Shown: in pieces, positions 51,786 to 63,450 of the stretch
Layout of the letters: every line of letters starts with the position of its first letter
Position numbering within the stretch: position 1 is the first letter of the stretch
Assembly: GCF_003918875.1 (NCBI RefSeq)
Contig: NW_025765678.1
Coordinates: 1-64,000 of the forward strand
Source: Haliotis rubra
Lineage: Eukaryota
Direction: 5' to 3'
DNA length: 64,000 nucleotides
Notes under the pieces: generated by a model
What the model saw: only the letters and a program-made list of their open reading frames with translations
The model's database searches: none
Told to the model about the DNA's origin: nothing
Program-made: the position numbers and the translations under genes

Positions 51786-52590
51786 GCTCCTCGCAGCTCC
51801 CCATGTGCGACATTCCGAATGACTAATTCTCGCTTCTCGCAGCTCCCCATGTGCGACATTCCGAATGACTAATTCTCGCTCCTCGCAGCTCCCATGTGCG
51901 ACATTCCGAATGACTAATTCTCGCTCCTCGCAGCTCCCCATGTGCGACATTCCGAATGACTAATTCTCGCTCCTCGCAGTTCCCCATGTGCGACATTCCG
52001 AATGACTAATTCTCGCTCCTCGCAGCTCCCCATGTGCGACATTCCGAATGACTAATTCTCGCTCCTCGCAGTTCCCTATGTGCGACATTCCGAATGACTA
52101 ATTCTCGCTCCTCGCAGCTCCCTATGTGCGACATTCCGAATGACTAATTCTCGCTCCTCGCAGCTCCCCATGTGCGACATTCCGAATGACTAATTCTCGC
52201 TCCTCGCAGCTCCCCATGTGCGACATTCCGAATGACTAATTCTCGCTCTTCGCAGCTCGCCCTCGCAGCTCCCCATGTGCGACATCCGAATGACTAATTC
52301 TCGCTCTTCGCAGCTCCCCATGTGTGACATTCCGAATGACTAATTCTCGCTCCTCGCAGTTCCCCATGTGCGACATTCCGAATGACTAATTCTCGCTCCT
52401 CGCAGCTCCCCATGTGCGACATTCCGAATGACTAATTCTCGCTCCTCGCAGCTCCCCATGTGCGACATTCCGAATGACTAATTCTCGCTCCTCGCAGCTC
52501 CCCATGTGCGACATTCCGAATGACTAATTCTCGCTCCTCGCAGCTCCCAGCTCCCCATGTTCGACATTCCGAATTGACTAATTCTCGCTC
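51786..52590. repeat. 46-bp minisatellite, about 17 near-identical copies
   Basis: GCTCCTCGCAGCTCCCCATGTGCGACATTCCGAATGACTAATTCTC repeated head-to-tail. Confidence 0.95.
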
Positions 52591-52689
52591 CGCTGCTGCT
52601 GATTTTGTCTATGTGGCTAGTGCATGTAACAGATCGCAACCAATATCAGTAGACTGTGCTTTATACCCTTTGCTCATATGACACGACGT

Positions 52690-54708
52690 CGAAATACGGC
52701 ATTTTAAGAGATTTACATGGCTTCTGATTGCGAGGCTGTTTGCCTCAATTTATAGCCGACTAGTCCGCGTGGGTTCAACCCTGTCTGATCATTACAATCA
52801 GGATCAGGGTGTTCCACAAGGCAGTATTTTGTCTGTCACGCTATTTAGTATAAAGATAAATAGTTTATCAAAAGTTTTAAACGATTCAATAGATGGATCG
52901 TTATTTGTGGATAATTTTAACATTTCTTGTCGTGGTAAAAATATGCATACTATTGAACGGCAACTGCAGTTGTGTTTAAACAAGATAAATAAATGGTGTC
53001 TTGAAAATGGCTTTAAATTTTCTAAATCGAAAACAAATTGTATACATTTCTGCCGTAAATACAAACCACATAAAGACCCAGAACTATCTTTAAATGGCAC
53101 TCCCATCAAAGTTGTCAAGGAGGCCAAGTTCTTGGGTCTAATTTTCGACCCCCATGTAATTTTTTTGCCGCATATTAAATCCCTTAAAGCTAAATGCCTG
53201 AAGGCCCTTGATGTGTTAAAGTTGTTGCCAATTCAAAGTGGGGAGGGGATCATGCTACCCTCCTCCACCTATATCGATCATTGGTCCGCTCGAAACTTGA
53301 TTCTGTCCACCACCAAGGCCTTGGACTTTGTCTTGTGTCCTTTAGAATCTCTCCTGTTGACATTCTCTATGTCGAGGCAGTTGAGCCTTCTCGTACACAC
53401 AGCCGTATAAAATTATTATTACAGTATATGGTGTGCCACTGTCATTGGATCCAGAACAATATCTTCTAGATTTACCAGGCGATAGTTCTATTTTCACAGC
53501 AGAAGCACATGCCATATTAACAGCACTTAACTATATTAAAAAACATCCTAAATATAAACAATATATCATATTTCCAGATTCTCTTTCTTGCCTTCAGGCT
53601 ATAAATTTTTTTTCTTGCAAACATCCACTTTTAACAGAAATAATTGAATTATACAATGAGCTTGCTAGTGGCCAATGCGACATCGTCCTCTGTTGGTTAA
53701 CCAGCTATGTTGGAATCTCTGGTCACACAATGGCCGACTTTGCTTGTAAGGCAGCACTCAACAAATCTGTGACACCACTTCTTCTTCCATACTCTGATTA
53801 TAAATCTAACATCAGATCTAAGTGGGACATTCAAGTAGGTATCAATAGATTACATGACATAAAACCTTACATTGGTTACACCTACTTGGGTTGTCAGTCC
53901 AGATTTCAAGAGGACATCATACAACGATGTCATATTGTCCTCACAAGATAAGCCCATGAGTACCTCTTGAAAGGTGAGGATCCTCCGTTTTGTATCCCTT
54001 GTGGTGAAAGAATCACGGTCAAGCATGTCAGTCACAAGGATATCTATTTCAAATCACGAACTATGAAGGATCTTTTTACTAATGTCAGTTCTCATTTAAT
54101 TATTGCATTTTATAACAATTATGTTTGTTATAGATTAGTGATATTTTGTAAGTAGATTAGTGATATTTTAAACATGGTGGTATAAATTTGCAATGAGGAT
54201 TGTTAGTGGCTGTATCCTCGAAGGGGGTTAAAGAATCGTAAAATTATTGTCCTCCTGAGAGGGTACGTAAGTCCCAAACCTTTAAAAGTTTCATTTTTGC
54301 TTACCTGATTTTTAAACGCAGTATATTTGTTCCTTTACAATTCGGCTAAACTTTTTCCTACAATCGCCAGCGGCTGAAGGGATGGTGTAAGTCCAACTAG
54401 GATCCATGCAGGTAGCAACGGCACTGTAAGTCCCCATGGACCCTGGTATGGTGATCTACCTTCAGTTGTTGGAGATCAATAGCCTGTTTATATATTGTAT
54501 CGTCCTCTATAGTTAAAGTATTTTAGATTGAATAACTAGTTTTAAGTATATATCTGTGATAGTTTAGTTGGGTTTACTGTCTTTTGTCGACAGCTGTTTA
54601 AATTGATTAGCTTGTTTTCATCGCTATATGGCTGTAATATTGCCGATGCGATGTAAAATTTTAACTCACTCACTCACTCACTCACTCACTCACTCACTCA
54701 CTCACTCA
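52690..54708 (+). mobile_element. I-group LINE fragment: RT, RNase H, 3' UTR, long (TCAC)n tail
   Basis: GVPQGSILSVTLF, SIFTAEAHAI, PPFCIPC. Confidence 0.9.
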
Positions 54709-55533
54709 GACAACAAGTAATCTTAATCAACGTGTAGCATTTCAAAGTCTCTCACCTTATTCTCAATACGATTTCCAACAATGTTCACGAAATCCAGCGT
54801 GCGATCGCTTGTGATGAGCGGCTATGTTTCCAAACCCCTTCCTATACAGGTGATATATAGAACTCGGTGATACACTTCCCTGTGTGAGGATGTAGAATGA
54901 TACGACACTGCTCTCTCTATATATACAGATGCTGTAACGCTGACGGTGATAGTCCTGCTTGTGATAATTAGTGGCGTGCAGGTCACACTGTCCTGACAGA
55001 CATGTGATTTCTTTAGATAGACGTATCGAGTCTCCGTACATGTGTAAATATATCCACATCAGTGATACATCTGGCGTTATCAGTGATACATCTGGCAAAT
55101 TACTTGTAACAGTCAGAGAGACATTGGGCGTTTGCTACAATCAACCTATCAAAATCCTTTCTATAATCCTATATGAAATGATATATCAGGCTCATATTTA
55201 ATGCAGACTAAAAATATTCCTATTGAGGCTTCCATAATGCTACGTGATTACATGATCTTGACACGTAACGCCGGTAGACATGTGATAACGAACTGGACGT
55301 TCGACACGCTGTGTGGGAAATTCTAAACAGACGTGATTCACAAGACAGTTGCCCAATTCCAAACAACCATTAGTGAGTAAGTTTAGTTTTACGCCGCTTT
55401 TAGCAATATTCCGGCAATATTTCGGCGGGGGAGCGAGTGAATGAATGTTGCTTTAAACCGCATCAGTAATGTTAAAGCTATTCGCAGGGACAGCAGAAAT
55501 GGGCTTCACACATTGCAGCCATATGGGGAATCT

Positions 55534-56530
55534 CACAGGGGCGTGTCACGCTTAGAAACAGCGTTAGAATTGCATATAGGTACATAGACCCTACCCTAGT
55601 ACTATATAAAAGGAAAGGGATGTAACGACGGAACCACCCCCTCCTCAATCAAAGTTAGATTTCACCACGTAAACTATTTTTAAGGCCCCGTCGAGGCCTA
55701 CGGATCGAAAGCGAGATGAGCTATAAATGGTCACAATCGGATCATTATTTCAAAAGTTATACGCCACGACTCACCGAAAACAGCTACCTCCTCAGTTCCA
55801 AGCCAAAATCATGGATCACCCAAGACAGCGAAAACTCACCTTTTAAATTCGTTTATTAATTCCAGCCACGTTGACAGCACCTATGTAGGGTTACATTCGA
55901 TCGGCAGCGGCATTCCACGGGTCTCAAAAACTATTTCAACATCTACAAATCATTTCCTCGACAGTAAGCAGGCACTTTCTCCAGAACCATCGGCAATCAT
56001 ACTCACTTGTCGGCCATCGATAGCCTTGACATTTAAGTGACCTGAGCAGTAAATTGGTAAGAATAATTTTAGAGGTTAAATATTTATAAATACAATTTCC
56101 TAAAAATGAATCAATATCGAATGCATTCTCACAACCTCTAAAATTATTCTTAACAATTTACTGTTCCGTACTTGATCCAAAATAGAAGGAATATTGCTAA
56201 GTTCATATTCCGCGCCCATTAGCAAACAGGCGAAATCTTACAGTATATTACATTTTCCACCAATCGTACGGCCTAATTCATTTTCTGCGGATCTGCTCAG
56301 ATCACTTGAATGGCATGGCCGTCGTGGCTCATTTTGTAGGGAAATCATCCTGCTTTCGATCCGTAGGCCTCGACGGGGCCTTAAAAATAGTTTACGTGGT
56401 GAAATCTAACTTTGATTGAGGAGGGGGTGGTTCCGTCGTTACATCCCTTTCCTTTTATATAGTACTAGGGTAGGGTCTATATACCTATATGTCTTTCTAA
56501 CGCTGTTTCTAAGCGTGACACGCCCCTGTG
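55534..56530. mobile_element. 997-bp non-autonomous DNA transposon with about 180-bp TIRs and an 8-bp TSD (P-like termini)
   Basis: CACAGGGGCGTGTCACG... / ...CGTGACACGCCCCTGTG; TSD gggaatct at 55526-55533 and 56531-56538; empty site at about 40055. Confidence 0.9.
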
Positions 56531-57612
56531 GGGAATCTAACCACACTCCCAAAACAACCGTCTTTGTTTCCATATAAATTAACTGTCGACGTTGTTACAG
56601 ATTTTGTGAATGTTTTATTTTCATAGGTTTGGTCGAGTAAGCCAGTGGAAACGGTGTTAGGTCTCCCTGCCTTTAACCAGGTTCGATTCCCAAATGGGTA
56701 CAAGGTGTCAAAAGTGTTCCGTGACTCAAAGTCATAGTGCTTGGAGAAAAAGTACCAACCCAACCCCAAAATCGAAATCATAAACATAATCACCACCATC
56801 ATCACCACCATAATAATCGACGTAGTTACGATGACAAATCCCGTCTAAATCATTATCATCTCCTCAAGTTGGCTGGCACCATAAACCATGTAAGAGTCAC
56901 TACCGACATGTGATGAAAGTTTCCCACTCAGCATTAACGTCTGCACTCACGAGTAATGACTTCATAGCTCAAGTCGGTAAAACCCAAGCGAATGTTTCAC
57001 GTCACATGACATGCAGCTGTGAACGTGATAACAGGTCACGTGGCGGTAAGCTGTGTTCTGATATATATTATCACACCTTCAACAGCAACAACTGGAACAG
57101 AGAAGTAGTATTGTACTGCTGAAAGTTTTACTTCGTGTTGAAATACTGATTTTTAAGGTAGGTGCTTGTGCCCGTCTAAACTGTTTACATTTAGTTCCGA
57201 GCCGGTGATGTACCACTACCTATCGCAGATACGAACGATGATGACCCGCTCAGTCTTCCATATTTGTGAACGCCAAGGTGGTTGAGTCGAGATCGAAGAC
57301 TTTGTGTGCTGGTGATTAAATCCTTTACCTGAGAGTGTGGGTTCGAAACCTGCATGGGACTCAATCCCTGGAAAGGTTCTAGAATCTGTAGTTTATTGAG
57401 AAGGTGTTATCGAAAATATACCACGTGTTATTTGTTGTTGATATATAAAAATAAAATAGAGAATACAAATACTATAAAAATTGTTGACGCAAAGGGACAT
57501 TATCATACATTTTTTTTGTATCTTTTCAATCTACCTGAACTTTGGGGGAAGCCCTAAATATCTACGTGCAGTTTCATAATATAGGTTTAATACTTACCAT
57601 GTTTTTTCCAGG

Positions 57613-58680
57613 ATGACCCACGGTTCCGGTGGTTTCTCCAGTGGGGGAGGTGGGTTTAGCGGAGGTGGGGGAGGAGGTGGTATAGGGGGGAGTGCATCTC
57701 CATCACCACAGCTCAGAGGGAGGCAGTGACTGCTGTGTGGACAGCATTTGCTGCATCATCAACATCGCCAGCATCCTCCTCTGCATCAGGACGATGTCCC
57801 GCTACCTCCGAATCGCCCTCCTCTGGATCTATTTTGCCACTGCCGTCCTCACCGCTGGGCTTCTCATCAGCATCAGCGTCTTCGGCACCAACAAGTTCCA
57901 GGCAGCGCCAACAGACATGCGCAAAGTAGAGGACCACGTGAATAACGCCTTCTGTCAGAGCCTCACTCTCAACTCGAGCGATCCTTTCGAAGCCTACACG
58001 TTTGATGGAGAACCGGTGGTTGATCCCAGCAAGTTCGAGCAGTTCAATACATCATATTCAACTTCTATGACAGGAGATACATACGAATACTGGGGGTTCT
58101 ATCTCTTGAAAGGTTCTAAAGCCGTCGTGGTTTCATCCGGGGACGCACTTATAACAGTATTCATTATAAAAGGAATCTCCAATCTTCAGGAGTGGATTGA
58201 CAGCAAAGGAAGCTGTGATGGATGTTACCTTGCATCTCATATCACCTCTCCAACCTTCACCTACACGCTGAACGTTTCACAGAGTGACGATTACTATTTC
58301 ATGTATTACTCCAAGTCGAACTACGTCATTTCTTGGACGTCTATGTGTACATAACTAGGACACTCTATGACGTCAGTTCCGCCACATCCCACTGCTCCTA
58401 CCGTCCTAACAACAAGCCGTGTTCATTGGACATTTCCCTCAGCCCTCACATGAACGTGGTGTACCACAATGGAGGTAATGGCCTGCATGACAGCATCGAC
58501 ATGTGGTCTACGTGCAAAAGTCGAGTTTGGATGTACGTGATTGTGTTTGCCCTCATCCCGGCGCTGATGGCGGCAGGCGTCACCTTCCTGATCTGGAAGT
58601 ACTGCAAGGATGACAGATCTCAGGAGAAACAGGCTCTGATCTCTGAGGACAGTATCCCTGACAAGAATTATAGCATCTAA
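57613..58680 (+). pseudogene. Membrane protein paralog 3 with two 1-nt frameshifts (pseudogene or sequence error)
   Basis: ttccag|G ATG ACC CAC; +1 in the G6 run at 57685-57690, -1 near 58330; otherwise full length with no in-frame stops. Confidence 0.75.
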
Positions 58681-58779
58681 ATGTATATGTTACTGACGCT
58701 TTTATTGATCTAAACACACGGAAGCAATACCAAAAGAAGCTGAGGAGCATCCGTATATTTCACATAACTACATGATACT

Positions 58780-59011
58780 TGTTGTTTAACGCCGCACTCA
58801 GCAATATTCCAGCTATATAGCGGCGGTCCTTAAATAATCGAGTCTGGACCACACAATCTAGTGATTACCAACATAAGCATCGAACTACGCAATTGGGATA
58901 CGATGCCATTTGCCGACCCAGTCAGAGAGTCTGACCCTCCGATCCCTTTAGTCGCCTCTTAAGACCAGCATGGGTTGCCGATCCCCAATTCCAAAACGAA
59001 TGTTCACGGGT
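58780..59011 (-). mobile_element. Family A copy in the 3' flank of paralog 3
   Basis: Reverse complement of family A, starting ACCCGTGAAC. Confidence 0.8.
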
Positions 59012-59346
59012 AACTACATACAGTCTTTAGAGACTAATGACAACGATATCGGATGGTCCTCAACTTCCTATGGCAGACACTCAGTTTATTCAGTGAAAGG
59101 GCAAAGACAAATAATACCGGCAATTTTTAATGTATATATATAAATAATATAATTCTCTATTAACCGATAGACTCTAATGCTGTCTATAACACATGTATAC
59201 AGAGTTTTAAAATGAAATAATTTCAGTTACAAATGTCAGTATTAAATCGCATTCATCTTCAATAAAACATCTTCAGCTTCTTTTGAGTAGAACAAGCAAA
59301 CACTGATACCACCTTCTGAAGTCTCTAACACTTAGACATGTGAACT

Positions 59347-60660
59347 GGCGCAGTAGCATGTGCTACTGTCACTGGATCCAGAACAATATCGTCTCGATTG
59401 CCTGATAATAGCTGTATCTTCACAGCAGAAGCAAACGCAATACTAACAGCTCTTAAATGTATTAATAGACACCCTGAATGTTAACAATATATCATTTTTC
59501 CAGATTCTCTTTCTTGCCTTCAGGCTATAAAAAATCTCTCTTGTAAACATCCACTTTTAATTGAAATAATTGAATTATATAATGATCTTGCTACTTGCCA
59601 ATGCGACATCGTCTTTTGTTGGTTACCCAGCCATGTTGGTATCTCTGGGAATACAATGGCCGATCTTGCTGCCAAGGCAGCACTCAATAAATCTGTGACA
59701 CCACTTCTTATTCCATACTCTGATTACAAAGCTAGCATTAGAACCTACATCCGTGATCTGATGCAAAAGAAGTGGGACACCCAAGTAGGTATTAACAAAT
59801 TACATAGAATAAAATTGGTTCCACCTATTTGGGTTGTCAGTCCAGATTTGAAGAGGTCATCATGCGACGATGTTGCATTGGCCACACAAGATATACTCAT
59901 GTATATCTATTGAAAGGCAAGGATCCTCCGTTTTGTATCCCTTGTGATGAGAGAGTCACTGTCAAGCATATCTTGCTTGACTGTGTTGTATTCTCCATCA
60001 TAAGGGATACATATTTCAATATCAAAACAGTAAAGGACCTTTTTAAAACTGTTAATTATCATTTAATCATTGGTTCTTTAAAAGAGATAGATTTGCTAAA
60101 TGAATTGTGACAAGCTTTGTAAATAGATAAAGTTATATAATTGGTTGTTTAGATTATCAACTTCGATTGTTAGTGGCTGTACCCTCAAAGGGGGTTGAAG
60201 TATAGTAAAATCATTGTCCTCCTGAGAGGGTACGTAACTCCCAAAACATTTCAAGTACATTTAAGTCTACCAGGTTTTTAATCGTAGTATTTTTGTCATT
60301 TTAATGTATGGCTAAATCTCAGTATAACCGCCAATGGCTGAAGGGATGGTGTAAATCCAGCTAGGGCCCATGCAGGTAGCAAAGGTACTGTAAGTCCCCA
60401 TGGTCCCTAGTATGGTGATCGACCTTCAGTTGTTGGTGATCTATAGCCTGTTTTTAGCTTGTATTTTCCTAATAGTGCTATTAGTTTTAACCTTCCACAC
60501 TAGTTTTAAATCTACCTGTGATATTCTAGTTGTTTTACTGTCCTTCGATGACAGGTTTTATAATATACACATATTCCATTTCAATGCAAAATGTTCTCGT
60601 CACGATATGGCTGAAATATTGCCGATGTGACGTTAAATATTAACTCACTCACTCACTCAC
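59347..60660 (+). mobile_element. 5'-truncated I-group LINE (RNase H to tail)
   Basis: RNase H, PFCIPCDERVTVKHILLDC, TCAC tail; atgtgaac duplicated at the flanks; absent from the paralogous blocks. Confidence 0.9.
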
Positions 60661-60830
60661 TACAAATGTGAACACGTTACCAGGTCTCTTAGGCTGGAAA
60701 ACGGTACAGCACACCTACACATTAACACTGTTCAGCTTGATGTTCGAAAGCAGCCATCTGAAGGTGTGCTCTGCGGTACTTATTGTCAGCCATGTGAATG
60801 TGTGTCCATCTGAAGGTGTGCTCATTTAAA

Positions 60831-60990
60831 GTGAGTGAGTGAGTTTAGTTTGACGCCGCTTTTAGCAATATTCCAGCAATGTCACGGCTGGGGACACCAG
60901 AAATGGGCTTCACACTATATGCCCAGGTGGGGAATCGAACCCGGGTCTTCGGCGTGACGTCTTAACCAATAGGCTACCCCATCGCCCCGC
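60831..60990 (-). mobile_element. Family B SINE
   Basis: Reverse complement of 39327-39491. Confidence 0.85.
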
Positions 60991-61058
60991 TCAGCTAAAG
61001 GTGTGAAACTAGCCACATGAAGGTGTACTCAGTTGAATGTGTGACATGAAGGGTGAAG

Positions 61059-61212
61059 GAGTGAGTTTAGTTTTATGCCACTTTTAGCAATATTCCAGCA
61101 ATATAACGGATGGGACACCAGTAATGGGCTTCACACATTGTACCCATGTTGGGAATCGAACCCGGATCTTCGGTGTGACGAGCGAACGCTTTAACCACGA
61201 AGCCAACCCTGT
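61059..61212 (-). mobile_element. Family B SINE
   Basis: Reverse complement of 39327-39491. Confidence 0.85.
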
Positions 61213-62141
61213 CAAAAGAAGGTGTGTCCATCTGAATGTATAACACAAGCCATGTGAAGGTTTGTCCATCTGGAACTGTGACGCTCGCTAAGGTCCTGAT
61301 CATCCAGAAACAGTGAATCAGATGCTAAGATCATAGATTCCTGGCAAACTCCGCAAAGCTGACTACAATGTGATCAAGTGCGTACTGTACACGCAGACAA
61401 CAAGTCTTTTCCATCAAGCACTGAAGTACTGAAGTAACGATTTATGGTGCTGCTCACACACAAGGGGTGTGTGTGTGTGTGTGTGTGTGTTATACAGTAT
61501 CCATTCTATATTTGGCTTATCTATTGTAGTATACGTCATTAACAGTATATGAACGAGCTTTCCTTCACGGAAACATCCTTTGTACTTACCCTCCTTTGCC
61601 CTTGTATGACCTCTTTGTTATCGTATTGGATGCAGGAAAATTCTGAAACGTGAATATTATTAACCACTTTATCTCACTTTGAATAAAACAGAAAAATATA
61701 TCATCGGCATACCTACCTACTGCAAGGAAACAGAACTTGATCACATACCTAATTATGTATAGGTTGTAATAGTCAATTTTCAGATAATATTTAGAAAAAA
61801 ATATATATTAAGAAAAGAATTATTGAAATGGTTTTAGCCTAAGGGATAAATTGCAATACGTTAATCGTACTTGCCTTTGACTGATCTGTTACTGTAATGC
61901 AGATCAAAAGTTACTCATGAAACTCCTGATAAGTCATGAGATCCCTTTAGGAAGCATATAAAATGATAGTGAAGCTGATAGCGTCTGTAGCATCGCAGCG
62001 TCTCCATAAACGACCAGGATGTTCCACCTTGGCTTTTGGCTGTCTCTTCTAGCTTTCCCCGTTGTAGGGGCAGTTGTAAAAACGGGCCAGCTTCGGGCGA
62101 CTACTCTGGAGAACTGCGATACCATTTTCACCATTATTTGT

Positions 62142-62380
62142 TTGAGTTAAGATTTAACGTCACATCAGCAATATTTCAGCCATATCGTGACGAGAACATA
62201 TTTGACGTTGAAATGTAACATGTGTATATTGTAAAAACCTGTCTTCAAAGGACAGTAGAATATCACAATTACTAAAACTAGTGTGGAAAGTTGTAACTAA
62301 TAGCACTTTCTGGACAATACAATGTAAAAATTGGCTATAGATCACCAACAACTGAAGGTGGATCACCATACTAGGGACCA
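62142..62380 (-). mobile_element. I-group LINE 3' UTR fragment
   Basis: Reverse complement of about 60400-60645. Confidence 0.8.
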
Positions 62381-62409
62381 GGCATGTCGCATTAAATCTG
62401 GTATATTTC

Positions 62410-62616
62410 GAGTGAAAATCAGGGTTAGAATTTGTCTTCAGGAACCCATGCTTGTCGTAAGAGGCGACTAACGGGATCGGCTGGTCAGGCTCGCTGACTG
62501 TGTTGACACACGTCATCGTATCCCAATTGCGCAGATCGATGTGCATGCTGTTGAACCCTGGATTGTGTGGTCCAGACTCGATTATTTACCGACCGCCGCC
62601 ATATAGCTGGAATATT
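62410..62616 (+). mobile_element. Family A copy lacking its tail, abutting paralog 4
   Basis: AACCCATGCTTGTCGTAAGAGGCGACTAACGGG...GCTGGAATATT. Confidence 0.85.
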
Positions 62617-62827
62617 ATAAGAGGATGCTGCTGGCGATGTTGATGCTGAGGACGATGAAGTAGCAGCACCATTTCCCGCACTCTCCATCTCCGCCATCTG
62701 AGGTGCTATCTGTGGAATGGTGGTAGTGGTGCATGTGGAACACCCCAGTGCTAAATCCACCGCCACTAAACCCGCCTCCCCCGCCACCGCCACCGCCACT
62801 GGAAAAACCTCCGGTACCGTGAGTCAT
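62615..62827 (-). pseudogene. Membrane protein paralog 4, truncated after 70 codons
   Basis: tttag|G ATG; MTHGTGGFSSGGG...CC..INIASSILL*; upstream intron homologous to that of paralog 1. Confidence 0.85.
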
Positions 62828-63450
62828 CCTAAACCTAGAAAGGTAAAACGTTTGTCTTAACATACAGTCGTAACAACAATTTCTGATAACGTACTTCTTT
62901 GGTGAAAGGGAAAACGTTCGTCGTAACATGCAGTGAACTGGGACATATAATCAGCAATTTCTCATAATGTACTTCTTGTGTGATAATTGATGTGGATTTG
63001 CTTCAGTCAGTATGATACACAATGGACCGAAGACCCGAGACATGTTACATCCATCCTTTACAAATCATTCTACATCTTATTCTTCTATGTAGTCATCACC
63101 TCCCCATTTAGCAGCACATGTATGCTTAGAAACAAATGATTGTTTCAAATAAATGTGTGTGTCCTTTAAGTCGCGTCGTGATTTTATTTGTAATTTCAGT
63201 ACGATATAACACGGACTTAACAGAATGTCAGTTAATGTTTTGGAATAGTGCCAATGCAACGATGAACTCCATATCAGTCTTTGAACGGCATTTAGAAGAA
63301 AAACACATAAAAGGGGAGAAGTTATGGATGTCAACTTCTTTACAATGATGAACACGATGTTTATTCTTACTCCTTCATCTGCTCTTCGGAGCAGTTGTTC
63401 TGTATCTACTGTCATAACAGTCATATGTCTACGTTTATCTTAGTCATATA

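Noticed and set aside
51786-52590. CRISPR-like array
   Set aside because: Units are contiguous with no unique spacers, there are no cas genes, and the context is eukaryotic.
47247-52743. LINE pieces at 46.2-47.3 kb and 52.7-54.7 kb as one split element
   Set aside because: They overlap by about 50 bp with several substitutions, so they are more likely separate copies.
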